A stretch of DNA of 59,925 nt from a virus (taxonomy: Duplodnaviria > Caudoviricetes), in the IMG/VR virus record IMGVR_UViG_3300030333_004437, positions 1 through 59,925 of that record. One strand, given 5' to 3'. Below, in pieces: positions 38,337 through 49,400 of this stretch (positions within the stretch are counted from its first letter, which is position 1; each line of letters starts with the position of its first letter). A program made the position numbers and the translations under genes. The notes under the pieces are model-generated. The model was not told the origin of the DNA. It searched no databases and saw only the letters and a list, made by a program, of their open reading frames with translations.

Positions 38337-38719
38337 TAAAATTAAAATCACTACTTCTTGAGAGAATTGATTACTTAGAAACTGCAAAGAGTTTAGTAAA
38401 AGCATATAAACTAAAATCAAAGGTAAGATTTGGTAAGATGCGTGGTAATAATAAAGCAGATTATGATTGGATATCAGATACGATAAATCTAAAACCATCA
38501 TATCCAACAATGAAAGATTTTTTAGTAACAGTTCTACACGAAATCAAACACGCATTAGATAGAAAAAAATTAGGTAAGGCTAGATATCAAAGAGAATATG
38601 AGATAGCTGGTGAATTAGCTATACAAAAAGGTGGTGATTTTCACGATGATAATAAGTTCGAAGAACAGGCAGAGGCGTGGGGATTAAAAGAATATCGTAG
38701 GTGGAAAAATAAAATTTAA
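38333..38719 (+). CDS. HEXXH metallopeptidase-like protein with MIKLKSLLLE tag
   Basis: TVLHEIKHAL zincin motif and downstream FEEQAE. Confidence 0.6.
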   Translation: MIKLKSLLLERIDYLETAKSLVKAYKLKSKVRFGKMRGNNKADYDWISDTINLKPSYPTMKDFLVTVLHEIKHALDRKKLGKARYQREYEIAGELAIQKGGDFHDDNKFEEQAEAWGLKEYRRWKNKI

Positions 38720-38786
38720 TATCAGGTTTTTAAACCCTATTTACTGGAAAAAGTTTTAAAGATTTAAGAAGAAAATAATACCATTA

Positions 38787-39122
38787 TTGAAAACTCAATC
38801 AGCAAAAGCAAAAGGTCGTAGACTACAAAAAGAAATAAAAGAGCTTATACTTGAAAAATTTTCTTCGTTAGAAGAAGATGATGTTCGTTCAACAAGTATG
38901 GGTGCTAGTGGTGAAGATATATTATTATCACCAGCTGCTAGAAAGTTATTTCCTTTCTCTGTAGAGTGTAAAGCTCACGAGAAACTTAACATATGGTCAG
39001 CGATTGAACAAGCAGAAGAAAATGCAAATGAACATACACCTTTAGTGGTATTTAAAAGAAACAGAAGTAAACGTTACGCAGTTTTAGAATTTAAAGACCT
39101 ACTAAAGTTATTAGATGGATAA
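38787..39122 (+). CDS. Holliday junction resolvase-like PD-(D/E)XK nuclease
   Basis: KAKGRRLQ...GEDI...SVECKA...PLVVFKRNR. Confidence 0.7.
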   Translation: MKTQSAKAKGRRLQKEIKELILEKFSSLEEDDVRSTSMGASGEDILLSPAARKLFPFSVECKAHEKLNIWSAIEQAEENANEHTPLVVFKRNRSKRYAVLEFKDLLKLLDG

Positions 39123-40071
39123 TACAATACTCAATATTTTATCTCGAGCGATTGGTTCAACATATACTAAATTAAAAAAGACAGATGAGTATATGTTCTG
39201 GTCACCATTCATAACTCATCATAAACCTAAATTACAGATAAACATCAAAAGTCAAAAGTGGCATTGTTGGGTATCAAATCAAGGTGGACATAACTTTTAT
39301 CAGTTATTTAAAGCAGTTGGTGTATCTCAATCTGATTGGAGTGATTTAAAAGAATATCTAAACGAACAAGATGATTACTATGTTGTAAAGACATCTAAAA
39401 ATCAAAAGATAAAGGTAAGCCTACCAAAAGAATTTAAAAGATTAAACTACGATACATTTAACACACCATTAGAAAAAAGATGTATAAACTTTCTAAAAGA
39501 AAGAGGATTTGACAATAATGATATAATCAGATATGGTGTTGGTTACTGTGAGAGTGGAGAATATTCAGATAGAATTATTATACCATCCTATGATAAAAAT
39601 GGTAGATTAAATTATTTTATAGCTAGAGATTTATACGATCGTGGTATGAAGTACAAGAACCCACCTGTAAGTAAGAATATCATTTGTTTTGAAATGTATA
39701 TTAATTGGGAAGAACCAATTATCTTATGTGAGGGTGTATTTGATGCTATGACAATAAAAAGAAATGCTATACCATTGTTAGGTAAGGTTATATCAAAAGA
39801 ATTGATGTTAGCTTTACTTGATAAAAAAGTAAAAGAAGCTTACATTGTTTTAGATGGTGATGCTAAGGTAGATTCTCTAAGACTTAGTAGAGACTTAGAA
39901 TCTTATGGTATACAAACTAAAATGGTAAAGATGGATAAAGATGATCCTAATGAATTAGGTTACAACAAAATATCCGAGAAAATAGATAATACAAATAAAC
40001 TAACTTTTAATGATATCATTAAATCAAAGTTAGAAGGAAGCGGTTTTGAAAAACGAAACAAGAGTTATTGA
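39115..40071 (+). CDS. DNA primase (TOPRIM)
   Basis: RIIIPSYD..G.LNYFIAR, KYKNP, CEGVFDA, LDGDA and DPNE motifs. Confidence 0.85.
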   Translation: MDNTILNILSRAIGSTYTKLKKTDEYMFWSPFITHHKPKLQINIKSQKWHCWVSNQGGHNFYQLFKAVGVSQSDWSDLKEYLNEQDDYYVVKTSKNQKIKVSLPKEFKRLNYDTFNTPLEKRCINFLKERGFDNNDIIRYGVGYCESGEYSDRIIIPSYDKNGRLNYFIARDLYDRGMKYKNPPVSKNIICFEMYINWEEPIILCEGVFDAMTIKRNAIPLLGKVISKELMLALLDKKVKEAYIVLDGDAKVDSLRLSRDLESYGIQTKMVKMDKDDPNELGYNKISEKIDNTNKLTFNDIIKSKLEGSGFEKRNKSY

Positions 40072-43000
40072 TACTTCAATAGATAAGTTAAAAAGAATAT
40101 ATCATATATCAGATATACAAATAAGAAATCTTAAAAGACATAAAGAATTTGAATTAGTATTCAATAAACTTTATGAAGAGATAAAAAAACAACCTGAAGA
40201 TAGTGTTGTTTATATTGGTGGTGATATAGCACATAGTAAAACAGAGATGTCGCCTGAGTTAGTAGACCAGTTGTCGAGGTTATTTAAAAACTTATCTGAT
40301 ATAGTTCCAACAATAATAATCGCAGGTAATCACGATTGTAATCTAAATAATCAGCATAGATTAGATGTATTGACACCGATTGTAGAGAATCTAAATCATC
40401 CAAATCTATATTACTTTAAAGATAGTGGTGTCTACAAGTTTGCTGATGTATCATTTGTTGTATGGGATGTTTGGGATAAAGAAGAAGATTATCTTAGAGC
40501 TGAGAATGTAGAGGGTGATACCAAAGTATTGTTGTATCACGGAACAGTAGACCAATCACTAACAGATTTAGGTTTTAAACTACCAAGTAAAGTTAAGATG
40601 GAAAGTATGGATGGGTTTGATATGGTTTTACTTGGCGATATTCATAAGATGCAAACATTACAAGAGTATGATAAATCAAGTGGTAAACCTATTATAAGAT
40701 ATTGTGGTTCCTTAGTACAACAAAACTATGGAGAAGCATTATTAGGACACGGAATATCTGTTTGGGACGTTGAATCACGTACATTTACACATAAAGAACT
40801 TCCTAATGATTATGGGCATATAACTATTGATGTAGTAGATGGAAAGATTGTTACTGAAGATTGGGCGACTTTGGTTCCAAAAAATGGTAGGTTAAGATTA
40901 CGTTCTAAAAATACAACTGATACAGAATTAAAAAAGGTATTATCAATTATAAAAAATGATAATCCTAAATTATCAGAAAGTAAAATATATAAAGTAGATA
41001 GTATTATAACAGATAATTCTACAGGCAATAAAATAAGCATTGGTGATGTATCTAATGTGGATTACCAAAACGAATTAATTTTAAACTACGTAAAAGATGA
41101 ATACTTTGTAGATGATAATACTGAACTAAAGATAAAAGAAATCAATGATGAATTAAATCAAGTATTACCAGAAGAAGATGTACAACGAAATATAAATTGG
41201 AAGATAAAGAAATTTGAGTTTGATAATATGTTTAGTTATGGAGAAAACAATGTAGTTGACTTTACTAAACTAAATGGAATTATTGGAGTATTTGCACCTA
41301 ATGCTAGTGGTAAATCTGCTATGTTAGATGCACTATCGTTTTGTTTATTTGATAATTGTAGTAGAGCTTACAAAGCAGAGATGGTTTTAAATAATAAAAA
41401 AGATAGGTTTAGATGTAAGCTAAATATAGAAATTGATGGTGTAGATTACTACATTGAAAGAAAAGGTAAAAAACAACGTAATGGACACGTAAAAGTAGAT
41501 GTTAATTTTACTAGGTGGGATGAATCACTAAATCAAATGATATCTATGAATGGTGACCAAAGAAGAACAACTAACAACAACATTAAAAATGTTATTGGTA
41601 ACTACGATGATTTTCTTTTAACAACATTATCATCTCAGAATAACTCAGGTATATTTCTTGATAAAACACAAAAAGAAAAGAAAGAATTATTAGCTCAATT
41701 TATGGGTATTGGTGTGTTTGATAAGTTATGGCAGTTAGCATCTGAGAAAGTAAAAGAAGAATCAGCTATATTAAAAAGTTTTCAAAAATCTAACTTTGAA
41801 GATGAGCTAACTACAACAATGTCATTAATAGATTCAGAGAAAATAAAACTAAAAGATTTTACAAATCAATTACAAAAGATTGAGGAAGAAAAGAGTGATG
41901 AAGAAAGTAAAAGATTTAAGTTAGTATCAGAATTAAAACCTATTGATAATGTAAAAGATATTGAAGAACTAAATGAAAACTTAGAAGATGTAAAATTAAA
42001 AACTAAAAGTTTAGCTGATGAGTTTTCTAATACAGAAGAAAGAATAGAAGAAGTAGAAAACGAAATAAAAAAGAATAAAGTTAATATTACAAAGCCAGAT
42101 TTATCTGAACTTGAAAATGAGAAAAGAAATTTACTTAATTACGAAAAGTTAATACTAACCTTAGAATCAGAAATACAAGTTGAACAAGGCGCTATTGATA
42201 AATTACAAAGTTGGAAATGGAATGAAGATTGTGATGCTTGTACAACTAATCCATTTGTAAAAGATGCTAAAAACGCTATTGAATCTATTCAATTACATAA
42301 AGAGCAGAGAACAGAATATTTGTCGGATATAGAAAAGATAAAAAATAAAGTGAATAGTTTAGAATTAAAAGAAGATGAGTATAACGCATTAACAAAGATA
42401 GTAGAAAACTTAAATATAAAATTACAAAAACTATCAAATAACAAAGAAGTAATCATAGAAAAAGCTAAATCCTTAAAACAAAACAAAAAGTATATCTTAG
42501 AAGATATAGATAAGTTTGAAAGACAAAAAAAATCTATTATACACAATAGAATTGTAGAGAAAAAAATAGAGGAATGTGATACAGAGATTAGTATACTAGA
42601 ATCTGGTATTAAGGAATATGCTGGTAAAAAATATGATGCTGATAAAAATATAGCAGTATTAGATAGTAAAAGAAAAGGTTTGTTAAAGAGTATTAGTGAA
42701 ATGGAAGAGTTAGAAGATAAGGTAGGTGCTTATCAATACTACTTAAGCGCTGTTAGTAGGGATGGTGTTCCATATAAACTAATACAAGATGCTTTACCAA
42801 CTATAGAGGGCGAGGTGAACAATATCCTATCTCAAATCGTAGATTTTGGTATTATTTTCGAAATGGATGGGAAAACCATCAACAATCATATTGTTTATGA
42901 TGATGATAATATCTGGCCTCTTGAGTTATCAAGTGGTATGGAAAGATTCATATCATCACTCGCTCTCCGAGTTGGTTTAATAAATGTATGTAATCTACCA

Positions 43001-43210
43001 AGAGGTAACTTCCTCGCTATAGATGAGGGATTTGGCTCTATGGATAGTGATAACCTAAACTCTATATACAACTTCTTTCAGTATCTAAAAACACAATTCC
43101 AATTTGTTGTTATTGTATCTCATATCGAACAAATGAGAGATACTGTAGATACACTATTAGAAATCAAAAAACAATCAGGCTATAGTAATATTAACTTTGG
43201 ATTCTCTTAG
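40046..43210 (+). CDS. Fused Mre11/SbcD nuclease - Rad50/SbcC ATPase
   Basis: HISDIQ, GGDIAH, AGNHD, LGDIHK phosphoesterase motifs; Walker A PNASGKS, coiled coil with CDAC hook, SSGME signature and IDEGFG Walker B. Confidence 0.9.
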   Translation: MKNETRVIDTSIDKLKRIYHISDIQIRNLKRHKEFELVFNKLYEEIKKQPEDSVVYIGGDIAHSKTEMSPELVDQLSRLFKNLSDIVPTIIIAGNHDCNLNNQHRLDVLTPIVENLNHPNLYYFKDSGVYKFADVSFVVWDVWDKEEDYLRAENVEGDTKVLLYHGTVDQSLTDLGFKLPSKVKMESMDGFDMVLLGDIHKMQTLQEYDKSSGKPIIRYCGSLVQQNYGEALLGHGISVWDVESRTFTHKELPNDYGHITIDVVDGKIVTEDWATLVPKNGRLRLRSKNTTDTELKKVLSIIKNDNPKLSESKIYKVDSIITDNSTGNKISIGDVSNVDYQNELILNYVKDEYFVDDNTELKIKEINDELNQVLPEEDVQRNINWKIKKFEFDNMFSYGENNVVDFTKLNGIIGVFAPNASGKSAMLDALSFCLFDNCSRAYKAEMVLNNKKDRFRCKLNIEIDGVDYYIERKGKKQRNGHVKVDVNFTRWDESLNQMISMNGDQRRTTNNNIKNVIGNYDDFLLTTLSSQNNSGIFLDKTQKEKKELLAQFMGIGVFDKLWQLASEKVKEESAILKSFQKSNFEDELTTTMSLIDSEKIKLKDFTNQLQKIEEEKSDEESKRFKLVSELKPIDNVKDIEELNENLEDVKLKTKSLADEFSNTEERIEEVENEIKKNKVNITKPDLSELENEKRNLLNYEKLILTLESEIQVEQGAIDKLQSWKWNEDCDACTTNPFVKDAKNAIESIQLHKEQRTEYLSDIEKIKNKVNSLELKEDEYNALTKIVENLNIKLQKLSNNKEVIIEKAKSLKQNKKYILEDIDKFERQKKSIIHNRIVEKKIEECDTEISILESGIKEYAGKKYDADKNIAVLDSKRKGLLKSISEMEELEDKVGAYQYYLSAVSRDGVPYKLIQDALPTIEGEVNNILSQIVDFGIIFEMDGKTINNHIVYDDDNIWPLELSSGMERFISSLALRVGLINVCNLPRGNFLAIDEGFGSMDSDNLNSIYNFFQYLKTQFQFVVIVSHIEQMRDTVDTLLEIKKQSGYSNINFGFS

Positions 43211-43361
43211 CAGGTAATTTTACAGTACCTGTCGGTTTCTTATCTAAACTTAGTATTAAACGAGTTAATACTGCAGACATTGTAGTATAGTTATCCTTAG
43301 AGTATTCCTCTAATTTCTGTTTTACTTTTTTATCTAAAGTAAAATTATATCTTTTTTTCAT
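43191..43361 (-). CDS. Ribbon-helix-helix (CopG-like) DNA-binding protein
   Basis: MKKRYNFTLDKKVKQKLEEYSKDNYTTMSAVLTRLI, a beta-strand/helix/helix pattern. Confidence 0.65.
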   Translation of the reverse strand: MKKRYNFTLDKKVKQKLEEYSKDNYTTMSAVLTRLILSLDKKPTGTVKLPAKRIQS

Positions 43362-43425
43362 ATATACACACCCAATACACACTTTTATAATAATTATATG
43401 TAAGTAGTGATATTTATTTACAACT

Positions 43426-46400
43426 ATGGCTTTAATTCGCAAAACAGTAAAAAAACAAAATCTAAATCAAGTACAAGTTTTTGTAGAGGATACTAATAAT
43501 ACCTACTTTAATTTACTTGATTTACCACCCGTAATTCCTACTGGTCGTTCTTCTATATTAATAGATGGTTCTGATACTCTTAAAAAAGAAACGGATATTC
43601 TATATGAATTAGTAGATGCTAATGGAGAACCGATTTACGTAAATCCTATTAGAAATTACTTAGAGGGTACATCAAGAAGATTAACTATAGAGGTTTACGA
43701 AAACGCACCAGCTGGTTTAGCTACACTTACATTATTAGGTGAGATTAATCCTGACCCAAATTTAAATGGTGGAATAGAAATACCACCAGAATTTCAAGGT
43801 GTTTACAATGTAAGATATCAAGCACAAATTTTATTAGACCCAGCAGCTCCTAACAATGAAAAGATTATATTTTTAAGAGCACCAAAAATATCTGTATCTG
43901 AAACATTAGTAAAAGAGGTAATTCCAAGAGTAGGTGAACGAGAAGTAAACATACAAATAAGTGGAAGTTTATCAGGTAAAAGAGTTCCGTTTGGTGTACA
44001 ACAATTTTTAAATCCGTGGTTGATTCAACCAGGTAATATTGAGTTAGATTTTCTTGATGATACAAAACCAACGGGTGTTTTAAGAAATAGAAAATATGAA
44101 GTTAAGTTAAAAGCTAGTGTAGATGGTGCAGTAAAAAATGTAAACTTCGATTGGGGTGATGGTACTACAGATACATTTAATCCACAAAATATAAATGGAA
44201 CTCATACATATACAAAGGCTGGAACTTATACAGTAAGAGCAGTTGGTAATTCACCATTTGGTTTTGGTGGTAAAGATGATGTAACAATCACAGTAAACCC
44301 ACCAGCAACACCAAGTGCTAGTATGATTATATCGGATGGTACTATTAATGAAGCCTCTGCTAATGAAACTGAATACCTAACTGGTAGTTTAGACCCAATC
44401 AAAGATACTAACTTTACACGAGCTAGATTTAGATTTAGTGATAGAAGTATTATTTCTGCTAGTAGTGATGTATCAAATAATCCAGATGATAATTTAGATG
44501 ATACAACATTTGTTTGGGAGTTCGGTGATGGTAGAGTTCTTGAGGTAACAGGTTCTGCAGGTAGAAAGGTAATACACGAGTATACAGGTAGTGGAACATA
44601 TACTGTAAAACACACTGTTAAAAATAATTACGATGCACAAAGTGATGTTGTAAGTAGAACTATATTAGTTGCACCTAATCCACCTGTCGCAGATTTTACA
44701 ATATCTAATTCAGTAGTTACTTCTAGCACTAACTTTAATGTTACTTCTTCTGCAACAGTTGGTAGTGGTGCAGAAATTGATAATTTTTATTGGTATTTTG
44801 ATAGAGCCCGTCCAACTGGTAGCCAGTTTTTAAATTATGCACCTAATGGTATATTTGGTAGTGCTTTAAGTGGATTTTGGGATGGGTATAGTGTAGGTAA
44901 CTCAAGTGTAACAAGACAATCAAGTGTTAAGTATAGTGGTTCACACGCTTTAGCACAAGCACCAAATGCTGATGAGGCTTACTACGGACACTATCGTGGT
45001 AGTAGTACTGCTAATCTAGCACCAGCTACTCAATCGGATGGATTTACGATAGATGCTTATGCTAGATGTGATAGTGGTAATGCTTTTGTTAGCCTAATGT
45101 TATTTGGTTTAGATGAGAATTTTGAAACTATAGGTTCTTTAGATGACCAATTTGGTAACATTGTTGAATCACCATTAACACAAGTAAACTCAAGTGGTTG
45201 GACGAGATTGCAAGTTCATAGTAGATTTTTACATCCATCTACAAAGTATGCAAGTTTTAGGATAAATGCTAAACAGAGTTCTGGTAAAACAGTATATTGG
45301 GATGGGTTTGAATTATACAAAACTACTGTAACAGGCTCTGCAGTTTCAGCATCGTATCAAGCAGCTGGTAATTATAATATTGAACATTGGGCTATAGATT
45401 CTCTTGGTAGAAAATCAAATGTAGCTATTAAACAAGTTGTTAATACTCATACAATACCTCGTCCACATTTTTCTGTTAATAACTCTGAGGGAGTTGCACC
45501 TCTTACTGTTAGATTTACAGAGGATGGAGATGGAAGTCCTACTTCAAGAATTTTAAAAACTGGCATATCTGATATAGAGATGTCAGCATCTTCACAAACT
45601 TCCGATATAACTTATACTGAACCAGGAACTTACACACCAAGAATAGAGGCTTCATTTACAGGTGGTACAAAAACATTTATAGGCGCACCCATACGAGTAG
45701 GACAACCTGTTCCAAATATAGATGTTGTATCAGGTTCTTCTACAGTAGAAACAGGACAAGAATTTACTCTTGTAGTTAGTGGTAGTTCTAATCAAGTTTC
45801 ATCTACGCCTGGTCAGCTTAAACAGATATCAGTAGCTTGGGGAGATGGTTCAAGTGATTTACTTACGTATCCAAATGGTATAACATTAAAAGGTACTAAT
45901 TCATCTAGCGCAGATTTTACTCACACATATACTACTGCTGGTAGTTACAAAGCTAGTATTGTTGCAACTGATGCAGCTGATATAGCATCAGTAAGTAGTA
46001 GTTTAGCAGTTACAGTTAACGCTTCTACTGCAGTAGTATTGAATGATACCGATATAATAATAGATGATGATACGGTTAGTAATACACCTACTGCATCACT
46101 ATCATTTGGAAATCATACAGCAATAACAAGAGCTAATGCATCACATAGTGCTGCTTACGCAACTGAGATTACTGCTTACACTTGGAGTTTAAATGATTCG
46201 GATGGTGCTGAACTAACTCGACTTGGACACGGAAAAAATGTAGATTTTATAGTTGATGATAGTGATATAAAATCTGTTGGCTTACAAGTTGGTGTACACG
46301 GAGTGCAAAGTAATAAAGTTTATTACCAACTTAATGCTGTAGACACGAGTGGTGATGCTAAAGAAAATGCAGTTACTCAAGATGATGATAACAATTATGA

Positions 46401-49400
46401 TGATGGACAATCACAAGATTCTAACTCAGATAGAAACGCATCTAACTCAGGACAAAATAGTGATAATGATGGTACGTATGATACAAGTGGGGATGATAGA
46501 TACGATGAACAACAAAATGCTGGTAGTCCTATTGTACAAGATTATGAAATTACTTTAGATAGTTTATCAGGTAATAGAAAAGTAGGTAACTCAATTTATG
46601 GTGCTAAAGTAAAAGTAGATAGATATGAACTCTTAGATTTTGCTAAAGGTGCAGGATATACTGTTACTGATTTAATAAGTCAAAACTTACCTTATGAGTT
46701 TGATATAGCTGATATACAAAATGGTAAGATAATACCATCTGCCAAACCCTTAGTTTTCAACAATACAGTAGCTGATTTATCTAAAAAGTTAATTGAAATT
46801 CCTGATTTAGCAAGTTCACCATATACTATGAGTTTTAACGAGACTCAAGAGTATGATTTTAACGAAGTTAATTTTATATCGAAAACAAATATTAGATTAT
46901 CTAATCTAAGAACTGTATCAGGTGATGTTTACAGAGCAAAAGTTTACTATAAAACAAGAAATGATTCTGAATATAAGTTTTTAACAGAAAGAGTTTTAGA
47001 AGCTAGAGAAGAACTCGTAGATAAGTTACATCTAAAAGGTAGATTGATGAAAGGTTTCTTCCCAACATCATCTATATTCACATCGTATTGGTCGGGTTCA
47101 CAAGGTACAGAAGCTGGATATATAGGTGGGAATGAAAGAGGGCTTCTTATAGAAATGACAGGTTCAACTGCTAGTGTATCTGACATAACAGATTCAATTC
47201 TAATATCAGGTTCTAACTATTCAGAAAAAGATAATGTAGCACTTTGGTTAAAAGATACATCTACAAGAAATGTGGCTACCAAAGGTAATGTATCAGCTGA
47301 AAATCGTCCTTTAATATTTGGAGGACAAGAATATAGTTTAAGATTTAATGCTAAACCTATAAAAGCTCCTAAACAAGTTAGGGAAAATGATAGTTTAGTT
47401 GAAAGACAAAAGGCAGAATTAAAAGTTTACGTATCTGGTTCTGGTTTGAATCTAACCAATAAAGGTGCTGATTTCAAATCTACACCGTGGGGTTACTTAA
47501 TAGGTATAGTAAATCCTGATGATAAAGGTCCTGATGCTAATATTACATTTCCAAAGAGTGTATACCAAAACTTTATCTTAGAGGATACAGCTAGAGCCAC
47601 TTTACAATTTGTAGCTACCGCTGGTAGATGGTACATTAATAATGTTTCATTAAGACAAGCTAGAGAATCAGGCTTTAATCCAAACAATATGGATATAATA
47701 ACTGATACGCCAGAATTAACACAACGTCCTCAAAAGATAACTTATAAAGTAGAGTACTTTACAAAAGATGGTAAGCAAGCTGACTTAGTAACTTACACAC
47801 CAAACTCTACTGATATACAAGGAAGTAATACGGTATTTTCTGGTGATGACAATGTTATGCCTGGCACCCTTACAATTAATAATGGATTAGGTGAGGGGCA
47901 AGGGTTTGAATTAAGTGGACAGAGTTCAGCTTACTTTAGAACTAAATCATACAAAGGATTTGAAAAAGCTACTACAGGTGAAGGTCCGCCTGGTATTATT
48001 ATGTTTAGTGGTAGTGTTGGTGAATCTATAGATTCAGCTGAAACTTACGATGGATTGGGATTAGAATTACACGCTGGTGGAGATGAGGGTTCACTTAAAT
48101 TTAGAAGTAATCCAAGTGTCTTTGAAGTAAAAGCTAAATCATTTTTCTTAGGTAGTGATTCTCAATTTGTAAGTGGTAGTGGTGGTAATATAGAAATAAG
48201 TTCTTCAAACTTTCATTTATCATCAAGTGGAGATGTTGCAGTAAAAGGTAATATAAAAGCTGAAACAGGTGAGATTGGTGGATTCACGATAGGTAGAGAA
48301 AAGTTATCTGGTGAAACCTTTTACTTGAGAGGTAATGCAGATGAGACATCTACAACTGATACCGGTATATTTATAAGTTCATCTAACTTTCAAGTTAGAG
48401 CTAGTGGTGAATTAAGTGCTAGTGCTGGTAATATTGCAGGATGGAATATAGGTGGTGCAACATTAGAATCAGATAATATAATATTCAGTAGTACAGGTTC
48501 AATTAGAACAAAAGATTATGTTCCAAAACAAAAAGGTTGGGCTATAGATGATATAGGTTTTGCTGAGTTCTCAAATGTATTTGTAAGGGGAACGTTAGCT
48601 ACAACAACCTTTGAGAAACAAACTGTTAATGCAGTTGGTGGTAGATTACTTGTAAGTAATGCTACTACTATAAGTGGTAGTGTTGGTGCTAGTGCTACAG
48701 CGATTCCAGTTCAAAACGCTGCAGGATTTAGACCTGGTGAATTACTATTTTGTAAGAAAGTAGATGATACAGGCTTTAACTCTGAGTTCTTAAAGTTAAC
48801 AGCTGCTTTCTCTGCATCAGACCAAACAGGTAACTCTACTGGATTTGACCACGCTCTATCAGCCTCAAGAGCAGCTGCTGGTAGTGTTACAGGCTCTATA
48901 GGTAACTTTAGTGGAGAAACTTCTGCAGCTACCACATATGAGGATGGACAAGTTATTATTAGTTTTGGAAGACCAGGTACAGGATTCATAGATATAAATG
49001 CTAATCCTACTGATACCGATACACCATACATAGATATTGTAGAATCAGGTAGTGGTGGATTTTCAAGAAAAGCTAGGTTAGGAGATTTAGGTGGATTAGC
49101 TGGAACAGGTGCTGTATTCGGTGCAGCAAATCCTGGCTTTGGTTTAATGTCAGAAAATGTTTTCTTATCAGGTAGAGTTAGTGCAACAGAGGGTAATATA
49201 GGTTCTTGGAATATTACAAATACAGGTTTAATTACAGGTAGTAACATAACACTTGATGCAAATAGTTCAAGGATATTTAAAACAGATGAAAATGGTGAAT
49301 TGGATGGATACTACATTGATTTTACACCAACTGGTTCAAATTTTTATGTAAGGTTTGGAACGGATTTTGCAGTATCTTCAAGTGGACAATTATTTGCTAG

